Below are positions 20,679-28,210 of a DNA stretch of 32,000 bases, piece after piece. Source of the DNA: Candidatus Saccharimonadota bacterium (GTDB lineage Bacteria > Bacteroidota > Bacteroidia > Flavobacteriales > Blattabacteriaceae); the NCBI RefSeq assembly GCF_002243425.1, contig NZ_CP021172.1, positions 120,001 to 152,000 on the forward strand, written 5' to 3'. Numbering within the stretch: the stretch's first letter is position 1; each line of letters starts with the position of its first letter. The translations under genes and the position numbers were made by a program. The notes beneath the pieces were generated by a model that worked only from the letters and a program-made list of their open reading frames with translations, made no database searches and was not told where the DNA came from.

Positions 20679-20726
20679 GTTTTATTTTCTTTTTTATTAT
20701 ATGTTTTATTTTCTTTTTTATTATAT
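20679..20726. repeat. Perfect 24-bp tandem duplication (gttttattttcttttttattatat x2)
   Basis: Read directly: 20679-20702 is identical to 20703-20726. On the minus strand it produces the KHIIKKKI x2 repeat of the listed 85-aa ORF. Confidence 0.85.
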
Positions 20727-21111
20727 GTTTTTTTATCTTTTCCTCCAGCAATTTTATTAAAATATGTTTCTCCAATTTTATTTTCATAAAGATTATTAAT
20801 ATCTGTTTTATTATCTTTTTCTCTATCAATTTTATTAACATTTTTTTCTTCCTCTGTTTCTTAGAAACTATTTTTAAAATCTGTTGTTTTATTTCCTTGA
20901 TCTGGTTCTTGATATGGTTTTTCATATATTTTTTAAATTAGTAACTCTTTTATATTATTATATTTAATTTCCTTACAATATATGTTTGTATTAAAGAATA
21001 ATACGCAAAATCTAAAATTTAAATCTCTTAAATCTAAAAATTAGAAATTTATTCATTTTTTTTATTTAATTAAATAAAATATATATAATATAAATAAATA
21101 ATATATAATTG

Positions 21112-22506
21112 ATGAAATTAAATTTTAATTCTATTAAAGATATAATTTATAATTATAAATTATTTCTTTCAAAGAAAATTTCCGTTAAAGGATGGGTCAA
21201 GTATTTTCGTTCTAATTGTTTTCTCATTATAAGTGATGGATCTACTATAAAAAATATACAAATTTATGTTGATAAACACAATTGTTTTTATTCATTTTTA
21301 AAAAAAATTAATATTGGAGTTTCATTAGAAGTAATAGGTGTTGTTGTTTTCAGTAAAGGTAAAAAACAAATTATAGAAATTTATGCTAATAAAATTAATA
21401 TTTATGGAAGTTTTAATCCTGAAGATTTACAAAAAACTATTTTACAACCTAAAGAACATAGTTTTAAAAAATTAAGAGAACAAGCATATCTAAGATTTAG
21501 AACTACTATATTTAGTTCTATTATGAGAATACGTCATAATATTTCTTTTTCAATACATAAATTTTTTTATAAAAAAAAATTTTATTATATAAATACTCCT
21601 ATTATTACAACTTATGATACTGAAGGAGCTGGAGACATGTTTAGAGTAACAAATTTAAAAAAAATTCCATTAAATAAAATTGGTAAAATAAATAATAATT
21701 TAGATTTTTTTGGGGCTTCTACATATTTAACTGTATCTGGACAATTACAAGGAGAAGCTGCAGCTTCAGGTTTAGGAAAAATTTATACATTTGGGCCTAC
21801 TTTTCGTGCAGAAAAATCTAATACTTTCAGGCATTTATCTGAATTTTGGATGATAGAACCTGAAATGTCTTTTTATGAATTAAATAATATTATGTATTTA
21901 GCAGAAGAATTATTAAAATTTATAATTAAATATGTCATAAAACATTGTTATGAAGATTTATATTTTTTAGAAAAAAAAAAAAATATATTTAAAATATTGT
22001 ATTCTATATTGGATTTTCCTTTTGAAAAAATAAGTTATACTAATGCTATTAAAATTCTTAAATTTAGTAAAAATGTAAAATTTATTTATCCAGTTATTTG
22101 GGGAGCGGATTTACAATCTGAACATGAAAAATTTTTATCTGAACATTATTTTAATAATCGTCCAATAATCATATTTAATTATCCATTAAAAATTAAACCA
22201 TTTTATATGCGTTTAAATAATGATAATAAAACTGTAGCTGCTATGGATATAATATTTCCTTATATAGGAGAAATAATAGGGGGATCTCAAAGAGAAGAGA
22301 GATATAATGTTCTATTAAAACGTATGATTGAATCAAATTTAGATACTAAATCTCTTTGGTGGTATTTAAATATTAGACGTTTTGGGTCTGTTCCTCATAG
22401 TGGATTTGGATTAGGATTTGAAAGATTAATTCAATTTATTACAAATATTTCTAATATTAAAGATGTTATTCCTTTCCCTAGATATCAAAATCATGCATTA
22501 TTCTGA
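21112..22506 (+). CDS. asnS: Asparaginyl-tRNA synthetase
   Basis: Class II aaRS motifs (FRAEKSNTFRHLSEFWMIEPE, GFGLGFERL). ATG at 21112; the ORF track begins at TTG 21109. Stop TGA at 22504-22506. Confidence 0.9.
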   Translation: MKLNFNSIKDIIYNYKLFLSKKISVKGWVKYFRSNCFLIISDGSTIKNIQIYVDKHNCFYSFLKKINIGVSLEVIGVVVFSKGKKQIIEIYANKINIYGSFNPEDLQKTILQPKEHSFKKLREQAYLRFRTTIFSSIMRIRHNISFSIHKFFYKKKFYYINTPIITTYDTEGAGDMFRVTNLKKIPLNKIGKINNNLDFFGASTYLTVSGQLQGEAAASGLGKIYTFGPTFRAEKSNTFRHLSEFWMIEPEMSFYELNNIMYLAEELLKFIIKYVIKHCYEDLYFLEKKKNIFKILYSILDFPFEKISYTNAIKILKFSKNVKFIYPVIWGADLQSEHEKFLSEHYFNNRPIIIFNYPLKIKPFYMRLNNDNKTVAAMDIIFPYIGEIIGGSQREERYNVLLKRMIESNLDTKSLWWYLNIRRFGSVPHSGFGLGFERLIQFITNISNIKDVIPFPRYQNHALF

Positions 22507-22521
22507 TTTCCTTTAAAAAAA

Positions 22522-22607
22522 GGAGAGATGGCTGAGAGGTTTAAAGCACATGCTTGGAAAGCATGTATATCTTGTATATAACAAGGGTTCGAATCCCTTT
22601 CTCTCCG
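22522..22607 (+). tRNA. tRNA-Ser (anticodon GGA), class II
   Basis: Complete hand parse: ggagaga-tg-gctg-agaggtttaa-agc-a-catgc-ttGGAaa-gcatg-(long variable arm)-aaggg-ttcgaat-ccctt-tctctcc-g. Confidence 0.85.
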
Positions 22608-22637
22608 CTTAAAAAATATTGTATATTTAGATTTAAT

Positions 22638-22711
22638 GGTCTCATAGCTCAGTTGGTTAGAGCACCTGACTCATAATCAGGGTGTCGCTGGTTCAAATCC
22701 AGTTGAGACCA
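22638..22711 (+). tRNA. tRNA with anticodon CAT (elongator Met or lysidine-modified Ile2; undecided)
   Basis: Acceptor ggtctca/tgagacc, anticodon stem cctga/tcagg with loop ctCATaa, T-arm gctgg-ttcaaat-ccagt. The T-arm resembles E. coli ileX and the D-arm resembles metT (from memory). Confidence 0.85.
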
Positions 22712-22737
22712 CAAATAATTATTTAATTTATTAATTA

Positions 22738-23052
22738 ATGGAAGCAATTTTTGAATTGTTAGGTTATCAATATAAAGCTTCTTTAAATTGGGATATTTAT
22801 ATTCCTTTATTAAAAGGATATAATAAAGGAAAAAATATTTTTCTAAAAAAAATTTTATTTATTAAAAATAATGGATTAATTATTAATGGATTACCTTATC
22901 TAAAGAGGGGGATAATAAAAGCTAAAATTCTAAAACATATTAGAGATAAAAAACAAATTTGTTTAAAATCAAAAAAACGAAAAGGTTTTAAATTAAAAAA
23001 AGGACATAGACAATATTTAACAAAAATAAAAATAATTTCTATTGAATTTTAA
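22738..23052 (+). CDS. rplU: 50S ribosomal protein L21
   Basis: 104-aa ORF ([14 protein letters not shown]...[13 protein letters not shown]), the bL21 pattern, immediately upstream of rpmA. Confidence 0.85.
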   Translation: MEAIFELLGYQYKASLNWDIYIPLLKGYNKGKNIFLKKILFIKNNGLIINGLPYLKRGIIKAKILKHIRDKKQICLKSKKRKGFKLKKGHRQYLTKIKIISIEF

Positions 23053-23060
23053 AAAAAAAT

Positions 23061-23315
23061 ATGGCTCATAAAAAAGGTGTAGGAAGTTCTAGAAATGGAC
23101 GTGATTCTTTTAGTAAACGTTTAGGTGTAAAATTATTTGGAGGACAAATAGCTAAACCTGGAAGTATAATTATAAGGCAACGGGGAACTAAACACCATCC
23201 TAAAACAAATGTCTATATGGGAAAAGATCATACAATACATTCTTTAATATATGGTAAAATTTTGTTTAAGAAAACAAATAAAAAAAAATCTTTTATATCA
23301 GTAATTCCTATTTAA
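23061..23315 (+). CDS. rpmA: 50S ribosomal protein L27
   Basis: [16 protein letters not shown]... is the canonical bL27 N-terminus. Confidence 0.95.
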   Translation: MAHKKGVGSSRNGRDSFSKRLGVKLFGGQIAKPGSIIIRQRGTKHHPKTNVYMGKDHTIHSLIYGKILFKKTNKKKSFISVIPI

Positions 23316-23382
23316 CTAAAAAGCTGGGTCACTCTAAACTTTTATTATTTAATAATAAATAAAGCAAAACCCAGTTACCTTA

Positions 23383-23723
23383 GGGGCTGTATTGGAATTG
23401 ACATCATGATTAATATATAAGTAAGCATATCGTGTATATGTAATGTAATCACGTATTAAAATTTCATTACAAATATATAAACGGCAAAAAAAATTACGCT
23501 CTTGCTGCTTGATACTATTTAAAATAAGAGTTTTTTGATTTTCTTACAGAAAAATAGGAAAGATTGAGGTTCTAAATCTTTCTAAGAAAGTTAGAAGAAC
23601 TAGATTCTAAGTAATAGATTCTTATCTCTAAACTTAGAATTAATTTTAATTTGATAAGATAAATATGTAGAAAACTTATAATATTACCTGTTTGGACACG
23701 GGTTCGAATCCCGTCAGCTCCAC
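23383..23723 (+). ncRNA. ssrA: tmRNA (SsrA)
   Basis: 5' GGGGCTG (23383-23389) pairs with CAGCTCC (23716-23722), including the G3:U70 alanine identity pair. T-arm acggg-ttcgaat-cccgt. Internal tag frame GGC AAA AAA AAT TAC GCT CTT GCT GCT TGA (23483-23512) encodes (A)GKKNYALAA*. Confidence 0.85.
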
Positions 23724-23745
23724 AAAAAATTTAATTTTAAAAAAA

Positions 23746-24072
23746 ATGAAATATGAAACTGTTTTAATAATAACCCCTGTTCTTTCTTCAGAAAAAATTA
23801 AATTAACTACACTTGAATACATAAATTATTTAATAATAAATAAAGCAAATTTAATGTTTGAAGAACATTGGGGGTTTAAAAAATTAGCATATCCTATAAA
23901 AAAAAAAAAATATGGCTGTTATAATATATTTTACTATTCAGCAAATCCTAAATTAATCTACAATTTAGATTTAAAATTAAAACGTGATGAAAAAATCATT
24001 AGGTTTTTAACTGTTAAAATAGAAAATGAGGCATTTTCATATTATAAATTTTCTAAAAAAGATGTGTTTTAA
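23746..24072 (+). CDS. rpsF: 30S ribosomal protein S6
   Basis: MKYETVLIITPVLSSEK... is the bS6 pattern. The listed start at 23692 lies inside the tmRNA tRNA-like 3' domain, so I use the internal ATG at 23746. Confidence 0.85.
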   Translation: MKYETVLIITPVLSSEKIKLTTLEYINYLIINKANLMFEEHWGFKKLAYPIKKKKYGCYNIFYYSANPKLIYNLDLKLKRDEKIIRFLTVKIENEAFSYYKFSKKDVF

Positions 24073-24082
24073 ATAAACAATT

Positions 24083-24541
24083 ATGAAAAATAAACTTAAA
24101 AAAAACACTAAAGTAGAGAAAATAAAAGGTAAACTACCTAAAGCACATAAAGTAGGAACTACTAAAGTTAAAGTAAAAAAAAAAATATATACACCTAAAA
24201 TAGGTACGTTGCAATATATTGAAATGCCATCTCCAATAAAGATTGAATCTTATAAAGAGAAAAAAGTAAAAAATTTTTATGAACCTGAAATAAGGTATTT
24301 AACACCTCTTGAAATAGAAACAAAACCAGAAAACAAATATTGTTTTTTTAAAAAAAATAATATAAAATATATAGATTTTAAAAACCCATCATTTTTAATG
24401 AAATTTCTTAATGAAAGAGGAGAAATTCTTCCTAGAAGAATTACAGGAACTTCTAAAAAATTTCAAAAAAAGTTAAAAAGAGCAATAAAAAAATGTAAAC
24501 ATATAGGTTTATTACCATATTTAACAGATGGATTAAGATAA
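24083..24541 (+). CDS. rpsR: 30S ribosomal protein S18 (possible 47-codon N-terminal extension; alternative start 24224)
   Basis: The C-terminal 100 aa are clear bS18 ([12 protein letters not shown]...[61 protein letters not shown]). The start codon is uncertain. Confidence 0.85.
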   Translation: MKNKLKKNTKVEKIKGKLPKAHKVGTTKVKVKKKIYTPKIGTLQYIEMPSPIKIESYKEKKVKNFYEPEIRYLTPLEIETKPENKYCFFKKNNIKYIDFKNPSFLMKFLNERGEILPRRITGTSKKFQKKLKRAIKKCKHIGLLPYLTDGLR

Positions 24542-24542
24542 T

Positions 24543-24962
24543 ATGAATATAATTCTTAAGAAGAAGATTTTAAATTTAGGGAATAAATATGATCAAGTAA
24601 ATGTTAAACCTGGTTATGCTAGAAATTTTCTATTCCCTAAAGGATATGCCATTTTTTCAAATAATTCAGTTATAAAAAAATTAACTTCATTAAAAAATGA
24701 AAAAAAAGAAATAATAAATAAAATCAAAAAAATCAAAAAACAATTTTTTTTTAAAAAAAATAATTGTCAATTATTGGGATCAATAACAAGTAAAAATATA
24801 TCAAATTTTTTATCATCAAAATTTATTGAATTAGAAAAAAAATCTATTTTTCTAAAAAAGAAAAAAATAAAAGATTTAGGTATATTTAAATGTATTATTT
24901 TTTTTTCTAAATTTAAAAAAAGAATAAAATCAGTATTGAATTTTAAAATTTCTTCTAAATAA
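24543..24962 (+). CDS. rplI: 50S ribosomal protein L9
   Basis: [36 protein letters not shown] is the bL9 N-domain pattern. It completes the rpsF-rpsR-rplI block. Confidence 0.85.
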   Translation: MNIILKKKILNLGNKYDQVNVKPGYARNFLFPKGYAIFSNNSVIKKLTSLKNEKKEIINKIKKIKKQFFFKKNNCQLLGSITSKNISNFLSSKFIELEKKSIFLKKKKIKDLGIFKCIIFFSKFKKRIKSVLNFKISSK

Positions 24963-24967
24963 AAATG

Positions 24968-25534
24968 TCAAATTATATTTTTATAATATATTTTATCGAA
25001 AATTAGTTGTTTTTTAAAAAACAGTTTTTTGTTTTTATAATTTTTTTTATATAATTTTCTAAATTCAATAGAATTACTCTTATATAAGTTTTTATTTTTT
25101 TTTTTAAATTCCTTTTTCTCTTTCTTAAGAAGCTTCTTTAGAAGCTTCTTAAGAAGTTTATTTATATAAACCTTTATAAAAAAATTTTTATATATTATTT
25201 TTTTTAAAGATATAAAATATAATTCATTTTTTAAATATTCTATTATAGCAATAGATGTAGGTTTTGAGATTTTTTCAAATGTTTTAGATAGTTTAATTTT
25301 TCCTTTATTGGTAACAAATTCTTCAAATTTATCCTCTTCTTCTTCATCAGAATTTTCATCAACGAATAATTTAAATTTCATATTTAATAATAACTTTAAA
25401 TAAATATCTAGATGATCTGAACGTTTTGACAGAATATTTATTACAGAATAAATACTTTTTCCGAAATTGGAAATTTTTTTTAAATCCAAACTAAAAGTAT
25501 AAAAAAGTATTTTTTTATATTTTTTTAAATTCAT
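24968..25534 (-). CDS. Hypothetical 188-aa Lys-rich protein; weak TPR/BamD-like pattern, acidic patch, LLKK x3 repeat
   Basis: Open frame only. KKILFYTFSLDLKKISNFGKSIYSVINILSKRSDHLDIYLKLLL loosely resembles BamD TPR helices (from memory). DENSDEEEEDKFEEF acidic patch. Possibly a fragment of a larger decayed gene. Confidence 0.4.
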   Translation of the reverse strand: MNLKKYKKILFYTFSLDLKKISNFGKSIYSVINILSKRSDHLDIYLKLLLNMKFKLFVDENSDEEEEDKFEEFVTNKGKIKLSKTFEKISKPTSIAIIEYLKNELYFISLKKIIYKNFFIKVYINKLLKKLLKKLLKKEKKEFKKKNKNLYKSNSIEFRKLYKKNYKNKKLFFKKQLIFDKIYYKNII

Positions 25535-25691
25535 TGTTATGAAATATTATTATATAATAAAGTAATTATAATATAATTCTTTCTTAAAAAAAGATTTTAT
25601 ATTATTAATTAAAGCTTTTTTATAATCTTTTTTTTTAAAAAGATACTCAGCCTGATTTATCCTGATAGATTTATCATAGTATGATTCATTA

Positions 25692-26093
25692 TTATGAATT
25701 GTTTTTTTTTAAAAAAAAACATTTTATTAGCGCATAATTTTTTCTTTTATAAAAAAAATTATATATTCTCTTTTTAAGAGAGATCTTAATTTTATTTACA
25801 TGATGATATTCTTTTTTCTTTATATGATGATTTATATCAATTCTCTTAAAATTATTATTCAGAATAGGTTTTTTCATAGGTTTTTTCTTCACTATCGGTT
25901 TTTTCATCGGTTTATTCTCTATAATAAGAGAATTATTCATAATAGATTTATGATTTCTTTCCCTATCTAAAGAATACATTTTAATCTTATTATTATAATT
26001 ATTATAATAATTACAATATGATTTACCTGATAAAAAATCAGTTATATTAATAATTATTATTAATATAATATATTTAATTATATTTGTTTTCAT
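25692..26093 (-). CDS. Hypothetical 133-aa protein with N-terminal hydrophobic segment and KPMKKPI x2 repeat
   Basis: Open frame only. MKTNIIKYIILIIIINITDFLSG looks like a signal or anchor sequence. KPMKKPIVKKKPMKKPI repeat. Ends with a triple stop TAA TAA TGA. Its start overlaps the dapA tail by 20 nt. Confidence 0.35.
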   Translation of the reverse strand: MKTNIIKYIILIIIINITDFLSGKSYCNYYNNYNNKIKMYSLDRERNHKSIMNNSLIIENKPMKKPIVKKKPMKKPILNNNFKRIDINHHIKKKEYHHVNKIKISLKKRIYNFFYKRKNYALIKCFFLKKNNS

Positions 26094-27048
26094 TATATTG
26101 TGTTTTTATTGTGTTATATTGTGTTTTTAACATATTATTATATAATTTGTTTTCATTATATTTTAACATATTATTATATTCAATATATAATTTTTTTTCT
26201 AAAGTTTTACTACCTTTTAATAAAGGTAACCTAACATATTTATTACATAAGCCTTTTATTTTTAATAAAGTTTTAATTCCAGAAGGATTCCCTTCTTTAA
26301 AAACTAAATTTAAAATTTTAAAGATTTTATAATATAATTTATATGCTTTATTCACTTTCTTTTTAGAAGCAAATTTATAGATAAAATCTAATTCTTTTGG
26401 AAAAGCTTGTCCAATTACAGAGATTATTCCATCTCCCCCCCCTAGAACTATAGGTAATCCTATTGTATCATCTCCAGAAAAAACTAGAAAATCTTTTTTG
26501 ATTTTATGTTTTATAAAATTATATGATTGGATAATATTACCTGAAGCTTCTTTTATTCCAATAATATTATCTCTGTTATTAATTAATCTATTAATAGTAT
26601 CTAAATTAATATTAGTTCCAGTTCTATGTGGAACATTGTAAATTATAATTTTCATCTCTGTATTTTCAGATATAGTTTTAAAATGATTATAAATTCCTTC
26701 TTGAGAAGGTTTATTATAATAAGGACATACAGATAAAATAGCCTCAAAATTATCTAATTTAATTAGTTTTAAAGTTAATAAAACGTCTTCAGTATTATTA
26801 CTCCCCATTCCCAATACAATTGGAATCCTATTTTGAGAAATATTTTTAACACAATTAATAATATCAATCTTTTCTTTTAACTTTAATGTAGGAGTTTCAC
26901 CAGTAGTTCCTAATAATACTAAATATTGAACACCTTCATTTATGACATAGGAGACTATCTTTTCAAGAGAAATAAAATCTATTTCTCCTTTTTGATTAAA
27001 AGGAGTTACTAAAGCTATACCAATGCCATAAAGATTAATATTTTTCAT
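26074..27048 (-). CDS. dapA: 4-hydroxy-tetrahydrodipicolinate synthase, with a ~30-aa repeat-derived C-terminal tail
   Basis: 324-aa ORF with DapA pattern (ALVTPF, LLGTTGETPTL, YNVPHRTG, active-site Lys region IIGIKEASG). Tail reads ...NNMLKYNENKLYNNMLKTQYNTIKTQYNENKYN*. Confidence 0.9.
   Translation of the reverse strand: MKNINLYGIGIALVTPFNQKGEIDFISLEKIVSYVINEGVQYLVLLGTTGETPTLKLKEKIDIINCVKNISQNRIPIVLGMGSNNTEDVLLTLKLIKLDNFEAILSVCPYYNKPSQEGIYNHFKTISENTEMKIIIYNVPHRTGTNINLDTINRLINNRDNIIGIKEASGNIIQSYNFIKHKIKKDFLVFSGDDTIGLPIVLGGGDGIISVIGQAFPKELDFIYKFASKKKVNKAYKLYYKIFKILNLVFKEGNPSGIKTLLKIKGLCNKYVRLPLLKGSKTLEKKLYIEYNNMLKYNENKLYNNMLKTQYNTIKTQYNENKYN
26082..26179. repeat. Cluster of interleaved direct repeats (18-bp, 19-bp and 14-bp pairs) forming the dapA 3' tail
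   Basis: Read directly. atttgttttcattatatt occurs at 26082-26099 and 26145-26162. ttttaacatattattatat occurs at 26125-26143 and 26161-26179. atattgtgttttta occurs at 26095-26108 and 26116-26129. Confidence 0.8.
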
Positions 27049-27130
27049 TTTAAACTTGTTTAAAGGCTATTATACTATAATATAAATAATTTTTATTTAA
27101 AAAAAAAATAAATTTGATTTTGTATTTATT

Positions 27131-27169
27131 TGGTAATCGTAACAAAATGGTAACAAAATGGTAACAAAA
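27131..27169. repeat. Tandem 11-bp duplication (tggtaacaaaa x2, preceded by a 17-nt variant) spanning the prfB start codon
   Basis: Read directly: tggtaatcgtaacaaaa (27131-27147), tggtaacaaaa (27148-27158), tggtaacaaaa (27159-27169). Confidence 0.85.
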
Positions 27170-28210
27170 TCTAAAATAGATAAAATATCAATTAAATTAA
27201 AAGAAATCTATTATTATTTAAATATAGAACAAAAATCTCTATCGAGATTAGAAAAAGAATCACATAATTTTTGGAAAAAAATAAAAAAATCAAATACTTT
27301 AATGAAGTTTTTTTTTAAAAAAAAACAAATATTAAATTATTTTTATTCTATAAAAGTATTATTAAATGAATTAAAAATTTTATTAGAATTTTTTCCTTAT
27401 GGAGAAGTAACAGAATTAGAAATAGATTTTATTTATAATAAAATAGAAAAATTTTTTTCAAAAATTGAATTTACAAAATTTTTCTTCGGAAAAGAAGATA
27501 ATTTAAATGCTGTTTTACAAATTTCAGCAGGAGCTGGAGGAACAGAAAGTTGTGATTGGGCATCAATGTTATATAGAATGTATATTATGTGGGCAGAAAA
27601 ACATAATTTTAAAATTAAAAAAATAAATAGTTTACAAGGAGACATAATTGGATTAAGATCTATTACTTTTATAGTAAAAGGATTATCTACTTTTGGATAC
27701 TTAAAAGGAGAAAATGGAGTTCATAGATTAGTAAGAATCTCTCCATTTGATAATTCAAAAAGACATACATCATTTGCTTCTGTATATATATATCCATTAA
27801 TTGATGATGATATCAACATCAAAATAAATACTTCAGATATTTCATGGAATACTTTTAGATCCAGAGGATCTGGAGGGCAAAATGTCAATAAAGTTGAATC
27901 TGGAGTTAGATTGCATCATCATCCTACTAATATAATTATTGAGAATTCTGAAACAAAATCACAATTTAATAATAAAATTAAAGCACTAAAATTACTTAAA
28001 TCTCGTTTATTTTACATAGAAAAAAAAAGTAAAAACACAACTTGTAATAAGTTAAAAATAGAATGGAGTTCTCAAATAAGAAATTATATTATGCATCCTT
28101 ATAAATTAGTTAAAGATTTAAGAACTGGATATGAGACATCAGATATAGAATCAGTATTGAATGGAGAAATAGATATTTTTTTAAAAAAAAATTTATTACT
28201 TAATAGATGA
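27158..28210 (+). CDS. prfB: Peptide chain release factor 2, single uninterrupted frame
   Basis: SPF tripeptide (RISPFDNSKRHTSFA) identifies RF2. GGQ motif (SGGQNVNKVES). The N-terminal region that normally carries the +1 frameshift (..EIYYYLNIEQKSL..) is contiguous. Stop TGA overlaps the dapB ATG (ATGA). Confidence 0.9.
   Translation: MVTKSKIDKISIKLKEIYYYLNIEQKSLSRLEKESHNFWKKIKKSNTLMKFFFKKKQILNYFYSIKVLLNELKILLEFFPYGEVTELEIDFIYNKIEKFFSKIEFTKFFFGKEDNLNAVLQISAGAGGTESCDWASMLYRMYIMWAEKHNFKIKKINSLQGDIIGLRSITFIVKGLSTFGYLKGENGVHRLVRISPFDNSKRHTSFASVYIYPLIDDDINIKINTSDISWNTFRSRGSGGQNVNKVESGVRLHHHPTNIIIENSETKSQFNNKIKALKLLKSRLFYIEKKSKNTTCNKLKIEWSSQIRNYIMHPYKLVKDLRTGYETSDIESVLNGEIDIFLKKNLLLNR

Noticed and set aside
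20679-20726. Tandem and direct repeats (5887-5918, 20679-20726, 26082-26179, 27131-27169) as possible CRISPR or mobile-element termini.
   Set aside because: The copies are adjacent with no unique spacers, and there are only 2-3 copies. There are no cas, transposase or integrase genes and no flanking inverted repeats. They are consistent with replication slippage in AT-rich DNA.
20668-20925. Listed 85-aa minus-strand ORF (KHIIKKKI repeats) as a real gene.
   Set aside because: It is pure Lys/Ile low complexity on an A-rich strand where stops are rare by composition, and it is partly generated by a 24-bp tandem duplication. Another frame of the same region looks more protein-like. It is treated as part of an eroded region rather than a gene call.
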